DNA of 64,000 nt, from NCBI GenBank assembly GCA_001899175.1, contig MKVH01000024.1, positions 883,127 to 947,126 of the forward strand, given 5' to 3'. Positions 45,353 to 56,197 of the stretch are shown here, in pieces. Below the pieces are notes generated by a model. The model was not told the DNA's origin. It saw only the letters and a list, made by a program, of their open reading frames with translations, and did no database searches. Position numbers and translations under genes: made by a program. This DNA is from Candidatus Kapaibacterium thiocyanatum (GTDB taxonomy: Bacteria; Bacteroidota; Ignavibacteria; Kapaibacteriales; Kapaibacteriaceae). How positions within the stretch are numbered: the stretch's first letter is position 1; each line of letters starts with the position of its first letter.

Positions 45353-46060
45353 ATGGACCTGCTTGCGGCATTCATGCTGGGAATCGCGGGAAGCCTGCAC
45401 TGCATCGGTATGTGCGGTCCGATCGCATTGGCCCTGCCGAGAGGGGAGGGCGGAGTCGTCACCCTCGTCGGTGGGCGTGTGTTGTATCAGGCCGGACGCA
45501 TCGCCGTCTACATGTTGCTCGGAATGCTCGCAGGCCTTGGTGGAAGCATCGTCGCCATCGCCGGGTACGAACGGTACGTCTCCGTGATCGCCGGTGCGCT
45601 CATGATCGTGGCCGTCGTGGTACAGTTGCTGTGGCACACGTCGATACTGCCCGTCGAACGGCTCACGAAGTGGACCGGGCCGTTGCGTTCGAGGATCATG
45701 CCGATGCTCCGTCGTCACTCTCCCGTTGCCATGATCGGTCTTGGGGCGCTCAATGGCCTGTTGCCGTGCGGCCTCGTGACGGTGGCGCTCATGGGATCGA
45801 TCGGGGCGGCCACACCGGTCGGCGGAGCCATGTTCATGGCTGCCTTCGGTCTGGGAACCGCACCGGTCATGCTCGCCCTCGCCGTCGGTGTGCGGCTCCT
45901 CCCGCAGTGGGTGCGGCTGAAGCATCGCCTCGTCGTGCCGGCCGTGGCCCTCGTTCTCGGCCTGGTCTTCGTCCTGCGCGGATCCGCCCTAGGTATTCCA
46001 TATCTCAGTCCGGAAGCGCCGTCGCATGAGAAAACCGCATCGTGCTGTTCGGGACACTGA
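45353..46060 (+). CDS. DsbD_2 / TauE-like membrane protein of cco clusters
   Basis: GSLHCIGMCGPI, YQAGR, NGLLPCGLV, FGLGT. Confidence 0.9.
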   Translation: MDLLAAFMLGIAGSLHCIGMCGPIALALPRGEGGVVTLVGGRVLYQAGRIAVYMLLGMLAGLGGSIVAIAGYERYVSVIAGALMIVAVVVQLLWHTSILPVERLTKWTGPLRSRIMPMLRRHSPVAMIGLGALNGLLPCGLVTVALMGSIGAATPVGGAMFMAAFGLGTAPVMLALAVGVRLLPQWVRLKHRLVVPAVALVLGLVFVLRGSALGIPYLSPEAPSHEKTASCCSGH

Positions 46061-46087
46061 TATTCGGACAAAAGAGTCTTATATTTG
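46061..46087 (+). promoter_or_regulatory. Promoter TATATTTG overlapped by an Rrf2-like operator candidate
   Basis: TATTCGGAC-AAAAGA-GTCTTATAT at 46061-46084 and TATATTTG at 46080-46087. Confidence 0.55.
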
Positions 46088-46121
46088 TACTACGAACTAA
46101 TTCCTCAGAAAGGACGCGGTC

Positions 46122-46550
46122 ATGAAAAGGTTGGGAACGTGCCTGGTCGTCATGATGGCCCTGGTTGGACTCGTCGGGTCGGCATCGGCACAGGACAAGG
46201 CGTTGATGGCGAAGGGACAGAAGGTCTATAACGAATACTGCAAGACGTGCCATCAGGCCAATGGCCAGGGGCTCGGAACGGTCTATCCTCCGCTGGCGAA
46301 GAGCGACTATCTGAAGTCGGCGAAGAAGGAAGTCATCATCCATGAAGTCGTGTTCGGCAAGTCCGGCAAGGTGAAGGTTAACGGCAAGGAATACAACGGA
46401 GTCATGGCTCCGCTTCCCTCGAAGTATACGGACGAGGATGTGGCAGGTGTGATCAGCTACGTCTACAACAGCTTCGGCAACAAGGGGCCGGCCGTGACGC
46501 CTGCCGAAGTGAAGAAGGTCCGTGCCGGTGGCGCCAAGAAGAAATGGTGA
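46122..46550 (+). CDS. Soluble periplasmic class I cytochrome c (c552-like)
   Basis: Signal peptide, CKTCHQANGQG, YPPLAKSD, YNGVMAP axial Met, YVYNSFGN. Confidence 0.93.
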   Translation: MKRLGTCLVVMMALVGLVGSASAQDKALMAKGQKVYNEYCKTCHQANGQGLGTVYPPLAKSDYLKSAKKEVIIHEVVFGKSGKVKVNGKEYNGVMAPLPSKYTDEDVAGVISYVYNSFGNKGPAVTPAEVKKVRAGGAKKKW

Positions 46551-46576
46551 ACCGGTAACGAACAACGTTCCTCAAG

Positions 46577-46609
46577 GACGCCCTGTCGACGTATGGTCGG
46601 CGGGGCGTC
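46577..46609 (+). terminator. Terminator-like hairpin after the cytochrome c gene
   Basis: GACGCCCTGTCGAC-GTATG-GTCGGCGGGGCGTC. Confidence 0.55.
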
Positions 46610-46655
46610 GTCGCGTTTGTCCCTATCTTTGCGACCTCATTACGAATGATCTTCA

Positions 46656-47654
46656 ATGGCTAAACGTACATCACAGCAGCACCAGCGGACGTCAGGTCTT
46701 ACCGACGCGCAGCGCAAGGAAATGCTCGTCTACATGCTGATGGCACGCGAGTTCGACAATGCGATGCTCCGGCTCTATCGTCAGGGCAAGGCCTTCGGTG
46801 GCGTCTATTCGCAGCTCGGCAACGAAGCGGTATCGGTGGGATCGGCCTATGCGCTGGACCCGAAGAAGGACGTACTCTTTCCCATGCACCGCAACATCGG
46901 TTCCCATTTCGTATTCGGACAGGACGTCGACACCTTGATGGTGAACCACCTCGCCCGTGAGGGGAGCCAGATGCGTGGTACGGACGGTACGGGACACTAT
47001 GCGGATCCGGCGAAGCGCATCTACGGTAACGTCAGTCATCTCGGTGCCATGATTCCCGTCGCCGCCGGCTTCTCCATGGCTGATCAGTTGCGTGGAATCA
47101 CCACCGTCTCCATGACCTACATCGGTGATGGCGGAGCGCAGGTGGGCGAAGTGCACGAAGCTCTGAACTTCGCCGCGGTGCGCAAGATTCCGATGATCCT
47201 CATCATCGAGAACAATCAATACGCCTATTCCACTCCCAACTCGCTCGAGTTCGCCTGCGAACGGCTCTCCGATCGTGCGATCGGATACGGCATGTTCGGG
47301 GAGACGATCGACGGTACCGATGTGGAACTCGTCTATGAAGCATGCAGCCGTGCCGTCGAACGCGCACGCCGTGGTGAAGGCCCGTCCCTCATCGAAACCG
47401 TCACCATGCGTATGCGTGGTCACGCCGAGCATGACGACTTCGCCTACGTACCCAAGGACATGCTCGAAGAGTGGAAGAAAAAGGATCCCGTCGAAACCTA
47501 CATCCGTCGTATCGTCGATGCGGGCATCATGTCCCGGCAGGACATCGACGATCTGCGCAAGACGACCTTCGACAACATGATCGCGTCGATCGATCGCGGT
47601 CTGGAGCTGCCGTGGCCTGCCGCCGAGGAAGCATATCGCAACGTGTTTCTCTAA
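46656..47654 (+). CDS. TPP-dependent 2-oxoacid dehydrogenase E1 alpha subunit
   Basis: GNEAV, PMHR, GDGG...ENNQYAYST, RMRGHAEHD. Promoter TATCTTTG at 46624-46631. Confidence 0.92.
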   Translation: MAKRTSQQHQRTSGLTDAQRKEMLVYMLMAREFDNAMLRLYRQGKAFGGVYSQLGNEAVSVGSAYALDPKKDVLFPMHRNIGSHFVFGQDVDTLMVNHLAREGSQMRGTDGTGHYADPAKRIYGNVSHLGAMIPVAAGFSMADQLRGITTVSMTYIGDGGAQVGEVHEALNFAAVRKIPMILIIENNQYAYSTPNSLEFACERLSDRAIGYGMFGETIDGTDVELVYEACSRAVERARRGEGPSLIETVTMRMRGHAEHDDFAYVPKDMLEEWKKKDPVETYIRRIVDAGIMSRQDIDDLRKTTFDNMIASIDRGLELPWPAAEEAYRNVFL

Positions 47655-47660
47655 GGACCT

Positions 47661-48635
47661 ATGCCAGTAATGACCTATCTCGAAGCCATCGCCGATGCGC
47701 TTCGTATCGAAATGCACAAGGACGATCGTGTCTTCATGATCGGTGAGGACATCGGCACGTATGGCGGTGCCTTCAAGCTCACGAAGGGATTTCTCGACGA
47801 GTTCGGACCGAAGCGCATCATCGATGCTCCGATTTCCGAGGCCGCCATCATCGGTGCCGCCATCGGCGCATCGCTGAACGGCATGCGGCCCGTCGCAGAA
47901 ATGCAGTTCATCGACTTCATCACGAACGGATTCAACCAGCTCGTGACGGTTGCCGGTACCACGGCCTATCGCTGGAGCCTGCCCGTACCCATGGTCGTTC
48001 GCGGCCCGTCGGGTGGTGGCGTGGGAGGCAATCCGTTCCACTCGCGCGACCCCGAGAACTGGTTCGTCCATGCGACCGGTCTCAAGGTCGTCTGCCCGGC
48101 CTTTCCCGCCGATGCGAAGGGCCTGATGACGGCGTCCATGCGAGACGACAACCCCGTCGTGTTCTTCGAACACAAGGGACTCTACAGGAAGATCAAGGAA
48201 GAAGTGCCGGAAGGGGAGTACGTCGTACCGCTCGGTCAGGCCAACGTCGTTCGCCAGGGACGCGACTGTTCCGTCATCTGCTATGGCAGCGCGGTCCATA
48301 TGGCCCTTGCCGCCGCCGATGAGCTCGAACGTGACGGTGTCAGCGTCGAAGTGGTGGACATCCGTACGCTCGTGCCGTTCGACGAAGAGACCGTGCTGGC
48401 ATCGGTACGGAAGACGGGCCGGGCCGTCGTGGCACACGAAGCCGTGATGACGGGCGGATTCGGAGGAGAGATCGTGGCACGCATCGCGGACAAGGCGTTC
48501 CGCTTCCTCGATGCTCCCGTCAAACGCGTGGCGGCCTACGACGCGCCCACGCCGTTCGCACCGACGCTCGAGCAGGCCGTCCTGCCGAATGCCGACAAGG
48601 TGGCCGCAGCCATCCGTGAAACGATGGCCTTCTGA
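47661..48635 (+). CDS. 2-oxoacid dehydrogenase E1 beta subunit
   Basis: GEDIGTYGGAF, DAPISEAA, PVAEMQFIDF, HSRDPE, VDIRTLVP, LDAPVKRV. Confidence 0.93.
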   Translation: MPVMTYLEAIADALRIEMHKDDRVFMIGEDIGTYGGAFKLTKGFLDEFGPKRIIDAPISEAAIIGAAIGASLNGMRPVAEMQFIDFITNGFNQLVTVAGTTAYRWSLPVPMVVRGPSGGGVGGNPFHSRDPENWFVHATGLKVVCPAFPADAKGLMTASMRDDNPVVFFEHKGLYRKIKEEVPEGEYVVPLGQANVVRQGRDCSVICYGSAVHMALAAADELERDGVSVEVVDIRTLVPFDEETVLASVRKTGRAVVAHEAVMTGGFGGEIVARIADKAFRFLDAPVKRVAAYDAPTPFAPTLEQAVLPNADKVAAAIRETMAF

Positions 48636-48723
48636 GTGTGTAAAAAAATCGTCCCGTCGGCACGGCGGGAGTTCCGTAAGTTTGCAGCATCGATTTCGTT
48701 CCACTCGGTTGACAAGGGATTCC

Positions 48724-49017
48724 ATGGCGAAAGTCCAGTTCCGCGTCTCGTATTCCATCCCCGACGGCAAGCGTCCGGAGTATCTCGCTTCGGTACAGAA
48801 GCTGAAGCAGTTCTATGCGGGGAATGGTGCGCAGTACGCCGTATATGAATCCAAGAACAAGCACAACCACTTCCAGGAAGTCTACATCTATCCTTCGCAG
48901 GAAGCATACGATCAGAGTGACGATCCGGCATCCATTTCCGAGATATCGGGTGCGATCGAACGTATCTATGCTCTCGCCCAGGATGTCTCCTACGACGTGT
49001 CGTTCGAAGTCGACTGA
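48724..49017 (+). CDS. Small hypothetical protein (dimeric alpha/beta-barrel-like)
   Basis: 97-aa ORF MAKVQFRVSYSI... with its own TAAGTTTG promoter (48677-48684) and terminator. Confidence 0.7.
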   Translation: MAKVQFRVSYSIPDGKRPEYLASVQKLKQFYAGNGAQYAVYESKNKHNHFQEVYIYPSQEAYDQSDDPASISEISGAIERIYALAQDVSYDVSFEVD

Positions 49018-49043
49018 GACTGTCGATACTGAAAGATTCTACG

Positions 49044-49069
49044 AAAGGAGCGGGGAACTGCTCCTTTTT
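49044..49069 (+). terminator. Intrinsic terminator
   Basis: AAAGGAGC-GGGGAACT-GCTCCTTTTT. Confidence 0.75.
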
Positions 49070-49088
49070 CGTTTTATGACGGATCCCC

Positions 49089-50186
49089 ATGTCCTTCAAG
49101 GATGCCATCAAACGACTGCTCTACCTTCCCGCACGCCTCCGGTGGCGGCGTGGCGGTGTGCAACTGCCCCTCGACCCCAGCTCCGTCCGGTCGATCCTGA
49201 TCCTTCGCTATGACGCCATCGGCGACATGATCGTCACGACGCCGCTCTTCGATGCCCTGAGATCGGTCGTACCCGATGCCGCTATCGACGTCGTCGCCTC
49301 GAACCGCAACGCCGGATTGCTGGCCGATGATGACCGTATCCGACATGTCCACGTCTACGACGGAAGCCGGTCTGCGTTCCGTGCAGTACGGAAGGCCTGT
49401 CGCCGCCAACGGTACGACGTCGTGATCTCGCTTGTGATGAACAAGACGACGAAGGCCGGACTGATGGCCAACAGACTCGGAGGCTCGAAGGCGATCACCG
49501 TATCCTTCGAGAACGCCGCACGTCGAGATCTCTACGCGACGTGGTTCGACGTCCAGGTTCCCGTCGAACGGAACGTCTCCGCGATGGCCGAGATGCAGTT
49601 GCGGATCGTGGAAGCATTGTTCGGTGTACGTTGCGATCCCGCATCCTTTCCGATGAGAATCCGCCTGGACGCCGCCAACGAGCGGTTCGCGGCCCAGCAG
49701 GTGAGGGGGAACGAAGGACATCACACTATCGGATTCAATCTGTCGGCGGGCAATCCCTATCGGATGTGGTCCGAAGAGCGCAATGCCGAATTCCTGACGC
49801 TGCTCATGGCCGTCGATGCCGACACCCACATCGTGCTGTTCTCCGACGGCGCACGTCGGGATATGGCTCTACGGCTGGCTTCGATGGATCCGTCCAGAAT
49901 ATCGTGTTGCGAGCCGACGAAGGATTTCCGTTCCGTCGTAGCGACGTTGGGGAGGATGGATGTCGTGATCACACCGGATACGTCCGTCGTTCATGCCGCC
50001 GCGGCGATGGGAACACCCGTCGTCGTCATGTACTCGCTGAAGGCCTCGTTCCTGGTGGAATGGCAGCCCTTCGGAGTACCTCATCGCGTCGCATATACGA
50101 ACGGTCGTGAGGACCTCGAAACGCTCGAACCCGCAGAGGTGCTGCAGGCCTACATGGAATTGATGTCCGTACGGAGCGGGCGATGA
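49089..50186 (+). CDS. Glycosyltransferase family 9 (heptosyltransferase-like)
   Basis: LRYDAIGDMIV, ITPDTSVVHAAAA. Confidence 0.9.
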   Translation: MSFKDAIKRLLYLPARLRWRRGGVQLPLDPSSVRSILILRYDAIGDMIVTTPLFDALRSVVPDAAIDVVASNRNAGLLADDDRIRHVHVYDGSRSAFRAVRKACRRQRYDVVISLVMNKTTKAGLMANRLGGSKAITVSFENAARRDLYATWFDVQVPVERNVSAMAEMQLRIVEALFGVRCDPASFPMRIRLDAANERFAAQQVRGNEGHHTIGFNLSAGNPYRMWSEERNAEFLTLLMAVDADTHIVLFSDGARRDMALRLASMDPSRISCCEPTKDFRSVVATLGRMDVVITPDTSVVHAAAAMGTPVVVMYSLKASFLVEWQPFGVPHRVAYTNGREDLETLEPAEVLQAYMELMSVRSGR

Positions 50187-51307
50187 TCATCGGTTTCGAC
50201 GGAACACGTATCACGGGACATAGCGGTATCGAACGCTATGCACGTGAGCTCGTCCGTGTGCTGACGACGATGCCGGGTGACGATCGATACGTCGTGGCTA
50301 CGACGACGAGTCGGGTCGACGAGGTTGGAGAGGCGATCGGACGTTCTCCATCCCTGCTCGTCAAGGGCGGTATTCCGCATGACCTCATGCTCGGCTCTGC
50401 GTTTGGGACGGTCACCCGCCACCTGCAGACACGGGCGATGAGGAAGACGCTGGCGTCGGCGGATCTCGTCCATTACACGTCCCATCGTTCGAAGGTGCTG
50501 CCGGGCCTGCCCTACATCGCTACCGTACACGACCTGTTCCCGATGAGGCGTCCTGGCTTCGCCATCGAGGTCCGGCGTATCATGGAGGGAGCGCGCAAGG
50601 TCATCGTTCCTTCGCGGTATGTGGCAGAGACCATCATCGATCGCTTTCCCGACATGGTCCACAAGGTCATTCCCATCCATCTCGGAGTGGGCGCCCCCTT
50701 CCGTCCGATGGAAGCCGGTGCCGGTCTCCCTTCCGCGCTGCATCATCTCGACGACGTGCCGTACTTCCTTGCCGTTGCGAGAATGGATGTGCGGAAAAAC
50801 GTTCCTGCCATTCTCGATGCATATCGTTCATGGACCGGTGATGGATCGGCAGCTCGACTCGTCTTCGTCCTGAGCGGGACGACTGCCGACGTGAGCACGT
50901 TCAGGACGACCTATACCGAGGCACTGTCCCATCCGGGGATCGTCGTCCTGCCGTCGGTATCCAATGACGATCTCGCGGCCCTGTACGGCGGGGCCCAGGC
51001 TCTGCTGTTCCCTTCGCTCGCCGAAGGATTCGGCCTGCCAGTGCTGGAGGCCATGGCCTGCGGATGCCCGGTACTGACGTCGACGACGACGTGTCTTCCC
51101 GAAACCGCGGGTGATGCGGCATTGCTCGTGGACCCGGAACGGGTGGACGATATCGCTCATGGTATCGACCTCCTCCATCGCGATGGAGCATTGCGCGACG
51201 AACTGCGCAGGAAGGGATCGCTCCGTGCCGCGATGCTTACGTGGGATGCAGCAGCCCGTGCCACGCGCGACGTCTACGCGGAAGCGATTGCAGGAGTGGA
51301 TCGATGA
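50183..51307 (+). CDS. Glycosyltransferase family 4
   Basis: GIERY, TVHDL, RKN, FPSLAEGFGLPVLEAMACG. Confidence 0.92.
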   Translation: MIIGFDGTRITGHSGIERYARELVRVLTTMPGDDRYVVATTTSRVDEVGEAIGRSPSLLVKGGIPHDLMLGSAFGTVTRHLQTRAMRKTLASADLVHYTSHRSKVLPGLPYIATVHDLFPMRRPGFAIEVRRIMEGARKVIVPSRYVAETIIDRFPDMVHKVIPIHLGVGAPFRPMEAGAGLPSALHHLDDVPYFLAVARMDVRKNVPAILDAYRSWTGDGSAARLVFVLSGTTADVSTFRTTYTEALSHPGIVVLPSVSNDDLAALYGGAQALLFPSLAEGFGLPVLEAMACGCPVLTSTTTCLPETAGDAALLVDPERVDDIAHGIDLLHRDGALRDELRRKGSLRAAMLTWDAAARATRDVYAEAIAGVDR

Positions 51308-52377
51308 TGTCCGTCGGACTCGACGTATCGACGTTGTGTACGCCGACACCGACGGGGATCGGACGATATACGGACCATCTCGCCCGCGCATTGGTAGAAG
51401 CGGAAGTCGACGTTCGGTACTTCGTCAAATCGTCCCGGAAAGGACGCGAAGGAGCGATGGATCCGGATATGAAGCATGCGGTCCGCTATTACCTCCCCGG
51501 CCTTCCGGTCATCATCCGGAGACCGCAGGTCGTGCATGCCACGGATGCCTACTATCCGACCGTTCCTGGTGCCGGCCACGTCGTGACCATTCATGATCTC
51601 GCCATCTTCCGTGAAGAGACCCGGCATATCGAAGGATATACCTCCGACGTCTTCCGTGAACGTGGCGCAAGGAGACTGAATGCACTGCTGCGTTGGGCCG
51701 ACGGCATCTGCGTACCGAGCCGTGCCACTGCATCCGACCTCATGGAGATGTTCGGCGTCGATGCGGCGCGCATCACGGTGACGCCTCTCGGCTGCGATCA
51801 CATCGATCCCGTGCGTTCGCATCGCGATGCGGTCGTTCTCGATACCTTCGGTCTGGAAGCCGGCCGATATTCACTCTTCATCGGCCACGTGAGCATCCGC
51901 AAGAACCTGCCGGCGATGATCGAGGCCATGAAGCGTACGCGACATGCGGCCCATCATCCGTTCGTCGTGGCGGGGGCGGACAGTATGGGGGCCGAACGGA
52001 TCCACGAAGCCGCACGGGGGACGAACACCATCTTCACCGGATATCGTACGGAAGAGGAAACACAGGTATTGTTGCGCAATGCGGCCTGTCTCGTCTTCGC
52101 CACGTACTACGAAGGATTCGGCATCCCCGTTCTCGAAGCCATGCGCTGCGGCGTCCCTGTCGTCGCCGGATCGTACGGTGCCGCGCGGGAAGCGGGAGGG
52201 CCGCATGCCGTCTATGCCGATCCGTTCGATGTCGATTCCATCGCTGCGGCGATCGACGAAGCATGGAACATACCGGATGCCGGACGCGATGAAGGCCGGC
52301 GTCATGCCGATGCCTATACATGGAAGAATACGGCCATCCGTACGATCGACGCTTATCGTCGTGCGCCTGGGCGGTAA
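51304..52377 (+). CDS. Glycosyltransferase family 4
   Basis: TGIGRY, TIHDL, RKNL, YEGFGIPVLEAMRCG. Confidence 0.92.
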   Translation: MMSVGLDVSTLCTPTPTGIGRYTDHLARALVEAEVDVRYFVKSSRKGREGAMDPDMKHAVRYYLPGLPVIIRRPQVVHATDAYYPTVPGAGHVVTIHDLAIFREETRHIEGYTSDVFRERGARRLNALLRWADGICVPSRATASDLMEMFGVDAARITVTPLGCDHIDPVRSHRDAVVLDTFGLEAGRYSLFIGHVSIRKNLPAMIEAMKRTRHAAHHPFVVAGADSMGAERIHEAARGTNTIFTGYRTEEETQVLLRNAACLVFATYYEGFGIPVLEAMRCGVPVVAGSYGAAREAGGPHAVYADPFDVDSIAAAIDEAWNIPDAGRDEGRRHADAYTWKNTAIRTIDAYRRAPGR

Positions 52378-52392
52378 ATTGCGGTTTCCATC

Positions 52393-53496
52393 ATGGCCAA
52401 TGCACTGAAACATATCGAACTGGCGATACGCCGCCGCGTGACAGGACTGTTGTCCGGCTCGCGAGAGGCCATGCGTGTCACCGAGCCGGCCGACGTCCTG
52501 CATCTTCCCGACAATGCGCGTATCCTCCTGCTCAGGCAGGACAGGATCGGCGACGTCCTGGTTTCGATTCCCGTGATGCGTGCCTTGCGCAACCGGTTGC
52601 CGTTCGCGACGATCGACATGGTGCTGAGCCCGAACAATCTCGCCGTCCGTCACGCGGTGGCGGCCTATACCGATGACATCCATGTCTATCGAAAGTCGCT
52701 GTCCGATGTCGTCGGCCTGCTGAAGGCATTGCGACGGAAGCGCTACGACCTCGTCATCGATCTCATGGACAATCCGTCGACGACGTCGTCGATGCTCGTA
52801 CGCTGGAGTGGTGCGCGCATGGCCCTTGGGATAGAGAAGGCCAACAGTGGCGTCTACACGCACGTGGTGCCGCTGGCCGACCGTTCTTCCGTCCACATCG
52901 TGGAACGTCTGGCACGTCTGCTCATGCCGTTCGGCATCGATCCTTCGACGGAGCAGCTCGATCTCGAATACGAGGTCACGGACGAGGAACGGCGGAAGGC
53001 CATGTCCATCCTCGGTCTGCACGACGACGGTCACATACGGCTCGGCGTCAACATCAGTGGCAGCGACATCTCGCGGATGTACGGTGAGGAGGCGATGACG
53101 GAGGTGCTGACGACCATACGGCATCGTCACCCGGGAGTTGATCCATACATCTTCGCTGCACCGCCGCACAAGGACATGCAGATGCGGATCGTGGAGTCGA
53201 CGGGAGCCGTCGCCGTGCCCATCGTGCCGTCGTTCCACGAATACGCCTGCCTGTTATCCCTCATGGACGCTATCGTGACGCCCGATACGTCGTCCGTACA
53301 TCTCGCCGCGGCATGGAAGACGCCGAGCGTCGTGCTGTTCATGCATGACGATCCTGGACTCATGCCGTGGTATCCCTACATGTCGCCGTGCCGTCCTCTC
53401 GAGGCGCAGCAGGGCAGTATTTCGGACATTCCACGTGAGCACGTCATTTCGGCGATCGATGACATGCTCCGTGACTTTAGCATATTGCGATCATGA
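52393..53496 (+). CDS. Glycosyltransferase family 9 (heptosyltransferase-like)
   Basis: [24 protein letters not shown]. Confidence 0.9.
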   Translation: MANALKHIELAIRRRVTGLLSGSREAMRVTEPADVLHLPDNARILLLRQDRIGDVLVSIPVMRALRNRLPFATIDMVLSPNNLAVRHAVAAYTDDIHVYRKSLSDVVGLLKALRRKRYDLVIDLMDNPSTTSSMLVRWSGARMALGIEKANSGVYTHVVPLADRSSVHIVERLARLLMPFGIDPSTEQLDLEYEVTDEERRKAMSILGLHDDGHIRLGVNISGSDISRMYGEEAMTEVLTTIRHRHPGVDPYIFAAPPHKDMQMRIVESTGAVAVPIVPSFHEYACLLSLMDAIVTPDTSSVHLAAAWKTPSVVLFMHDDPGLMPWYPYMSPCRPLEAQQGSISDIPREHVISAIDDMLRDFSILRS

Positions 53497-55259
53497 CATT
53501 CGAACAGCGAACAACGACCTGCGGGGAACTGCGTCCGGAACACGCCGGCACTTCCGTTACCATCAATGGCTGGATCAATGCCCGCCGGGATTTCGGCGGC
53601 CTGATCTTTCTCGATATCCGGGACCGGTACGGCATCACACAGGCCGTCATCCAGTCCGAGACGCACCCCGATCTTGCCGCACGTGCCAAGGAGCTACGCT
53701 CCGAATGGGTGGTATGGATCCGCGGAACCGTGCGCATGCGCGAGAATCCGAATCCGCGCATTCCGACCGGTCTCGTGGAAGTGCTGGCCGAGGACTTCGG
53801 TGTGATCAACGAAGCCGAACTCACGCCCTTCGAAATCGTGGACGATCTCCAGACGAACGAAGAATTGCGTCTGAAGTATCGCTTTCTCGACCTGCGCCGT
53901 CACGCCCTGCAGCAGAACTTCCTCATCCGCAACAAGCTGTATCAGCTCACGCACCGGTTCTTCGACGAACAAGGTTTCGTCGAAATCGAGACCCCCGTGC
54001 TCACGAAGTCGACGCCCGAAGGTGCCCGCGACTTCCTGGTGCCGAGCCGTATCAACAAGGGGCAGTTCTACGCTCTTCCGCAGTCGCCGCAACTGTTCAA
54101 GCAGATGCTGATGGTGAGCGGCTTCGACCGCTACATGCAGATCGTCAAGTGTTTCCGCGACGAGGACCTTCGTGCCGACCGTCAGCCGGAATTCACGCAG
54201 ATCGACGTCGAGATGTCCTTCGTGAAGCAGGACGACATCCTCGCCTTGACCGAATCCTTCATCGCACGTGCCTGGAAGGAGATCAAGGGCATTGACGTTC
54301 CCGTTCCGTTCCCGCGTATGTCCTTCGCCGAAGCGATGAACCGGTTCGGCAGCGACAAGCCGGACGTCCGGTATGCACTCGAGCTCAGGACGATTACGGA
54401 AACCGTCGCCGACTCCGGCTTCGCCGTTTTCAAGGATGCCGTAGCGAGCGGTGGCGTCGTATCCGTCTTCAATGCCAAGGGCTGTGCGACTTTCTCGCGG
54501 AAGCAGCTCGATGAGCTCACCGAGTTCTCGAAGAAGTACGGAGCAAAGGGGCTGCCATGGTTGAAGCATGCCAACGGTGAGACGACGGGATCCTTCCTTA
54601 AGATGCTCACCGATGCCGAACGCGATGCGATCCTCGCGGCATCCGGCGCGGAAGATGGCGACCTCCTGCTGTTCGCGGCAGGGGAGTGGGAACGTTCGCA
54701 GCTCATCCTCGGTGCGTTGCGTCAGGAGATCGCCCGTCGTACCGGCATCCATGACCGTCTTGCCGGAACGTATTCCTTCCATTGGGTGCTCGCCTTCCCG
54801 CTCCTCGAATATTCGGACGAAGAACAACGATACGTCGCGCGTCATCATCCGTTCACCGCACCGCTGACCGACGATGTCGGACTGCTCGAGTCGGAGCCGT
54901 CGAAGGCTCGTGCCCAGGCTCATGACCTTGTCATCAACGGCTACGAAGCGGCCGGAGGAAGTATCCGTATCCATCGCAACGAAGTACAGCAGAGGATGTT
55001 CGATCTGCTCGGTCTCTCACGCGAGGATGCCGATGCCAAGTTCGGCTTCCTGCTGAAGGCTCTGCAGTATGGAGCACCGCCGCATGGTGGTATCGCCTTC
55101 GGTTTCGACCGTCTGGTGATGCTGCTCGCGGAAACGGACAACATCCGCGATGTGATCGCATTCCCCAAGACGACGTCGGGACTGTCCCTCATGGACGGAT
55201 GTCCCTCGGATGTGGATAGCAGGCAACTCGCCGATCTCGGTATAGCACTGGCACGATGA
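53493..55259 (+). CDS. aspS: Aspartate--tRNA ligase
   Basis: [74 protein letters not shown]. Confidence 0.98.
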   Translation: MTFEQRTTTCGELRPEHAGTSVTINGWINARRDFGGLIFLDIRDRYGITQAVIQSETHPDLAARAKELRSEWVVWIRGTVRMRENPNPRIPTGLVEVLAEDFGVINEAELTPFEIVDDLQTNEELRLKYRFLDLRRHALQQNFLIRNKLYQLTHRFFDEQGFVEIETPVLTKSTPEGARDFLVPSRINKGQFYALPQSPQLFKQMLMVSGFDRYMQIVKCFRDEDLRADRQPEFTQIDVEMSFVKQDDILALTESFIARAWKEIKGIDVPVPFPRMSFAEAMNRFGSDKPDVRYALELRTITETVADSGFAVFKDAVASGGVVSVFNAKGCATFSRKQLDELTEFSKKYGAKGLPWLKHANGETTGSFLKMLTDAERDAILAASGAEDGDLLLFAAGEWERSQLILGALRQEIARRTGIHDRLAGTYSFHWVLAFPLLEYSDEEQRYVARHHPFTAPLTDDVGLLESEPSKARAQAHDLVINGYEAAGGSIRIHRNEVQQRMFDLLGLSREDADAKFGFLLKALQYGAPPHGGIAFGFDRLVMLLAETDNIRDVIAFPKTTSGLSLMDGCPSDVDSRQLADLGIALAR

Positions 55260-56161
55260 TGAAGGACACGATGGAACGCCGACATTTCCTTGCGCTGATC
55301 GCCGTGGCCCCGATGGCCATGCAATCGGCCCTGCGCAGCAGCCGCAAACGTAATACGGACAAGCAGGCGACGACGCGATACATCTTCTCCCAGGCGATGC
55401 GTCAGGCATCGACGGAGCAATGGAACCGGAAACCCATCGGAGAGCTGATGGGCCAGTTCGCCATGCTGTTCCAGGGGACGCCCTACGTCGGTGGTACGCT
55501 GGAAGGGGATGGACCCGAAGTATGCCGTATCGATCTCACGGGGCTGGACTGCGTGACGTTCTTCGAGAACGTTCTCGACATGTCGAGGATCGTGAAGAAG
55601 GGGCGCTATACGTTCCCCGATCTGCAGCATGAGGTGACCTTCACTCGCTATCGTGGAGGACAGCTCGGAGACTATACTTCACGTCTGCACTATACGGCCG
55701 AATGGATCGAGGACAATGTCGCGAAGCATGTCGTCAAGGACATGTCGCGTGAACTCGGCGGGGTGATATTCCCGCTCGACGTGAACTTCATGTCGAGGAA
55801 TCCGAAGTACTACGCGCCGCTCAAGAACGATTCCATTCTCGTCGAGAAGATGGAGACCATCGAAACGGCCATCAACGGTCAGGTCAGGTACTACATTCCC
55901 AAGGATCGTATCGACGTGATCGAGCCGCAGTTGCAGACCGGCGACATCGTAGCCATCACGACGAACAAGGAAGGCCTGGACTATGCCCATACGGGAATGA
56001 TCCATCGTACGGCCGACGGTGTGGCGCACCTGCTTCATGCGTCATCGCAGAAGAAGCAGGTCGTCCTCGACGTCTCCGTGAGCGAATACGTCAACGGTGT
56101 GAAAAGCCATACCGGTATCAGTATCCTGCGTCCCCTCGAGCCACTTCTCAACGAACGATAA
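55256..56161 (+). CDS. DUF1460 N-acetylmuramoyl-L-alanine amidase-like (NlpC/P60 superfamily) with a Tat-like leader
   Basis: [38 protein letters not shown]. Confidence 0.88.
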   Translation: MMKDTMERRHFLALIAVAPMAMQSALRSSRKRNTDKQATTRYIFSQAMRQASTEQWNRKPIGELMGQFAMLFQGTPYVGGTLEGDGPEVCRIDLTGLDCVTFFENVLDMSRIVKKGRYTFPDLQHEVTFTRYRGGQLGDYTSRLHYTAEWIEDNVAKHVVKDMSRELGGVIFPLDVNFMSRNPKYYAPLKNDSILVEKMETIETAINGQVRYYIPKDRIDVIEPQLQTGDIVAITTNKEGLDYAHTGMIHRTADGVAHLLHASSQKKQVVLDVSVSEYVNGVKSHTGISILRPLEPLLNER

Positions 56162-56197
56162 CGGGCGGACGGATTCCGTTCCGATCCCGCCCGAAGC

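Noticed and set aside
49089-53496. Glycosyltransferase cluster as a horizontally acquired island
   Set aside because: Composition looks like the flanks, it is coupled to aspS, and there are no mobility genes; probably ordinary LPS-core genes.
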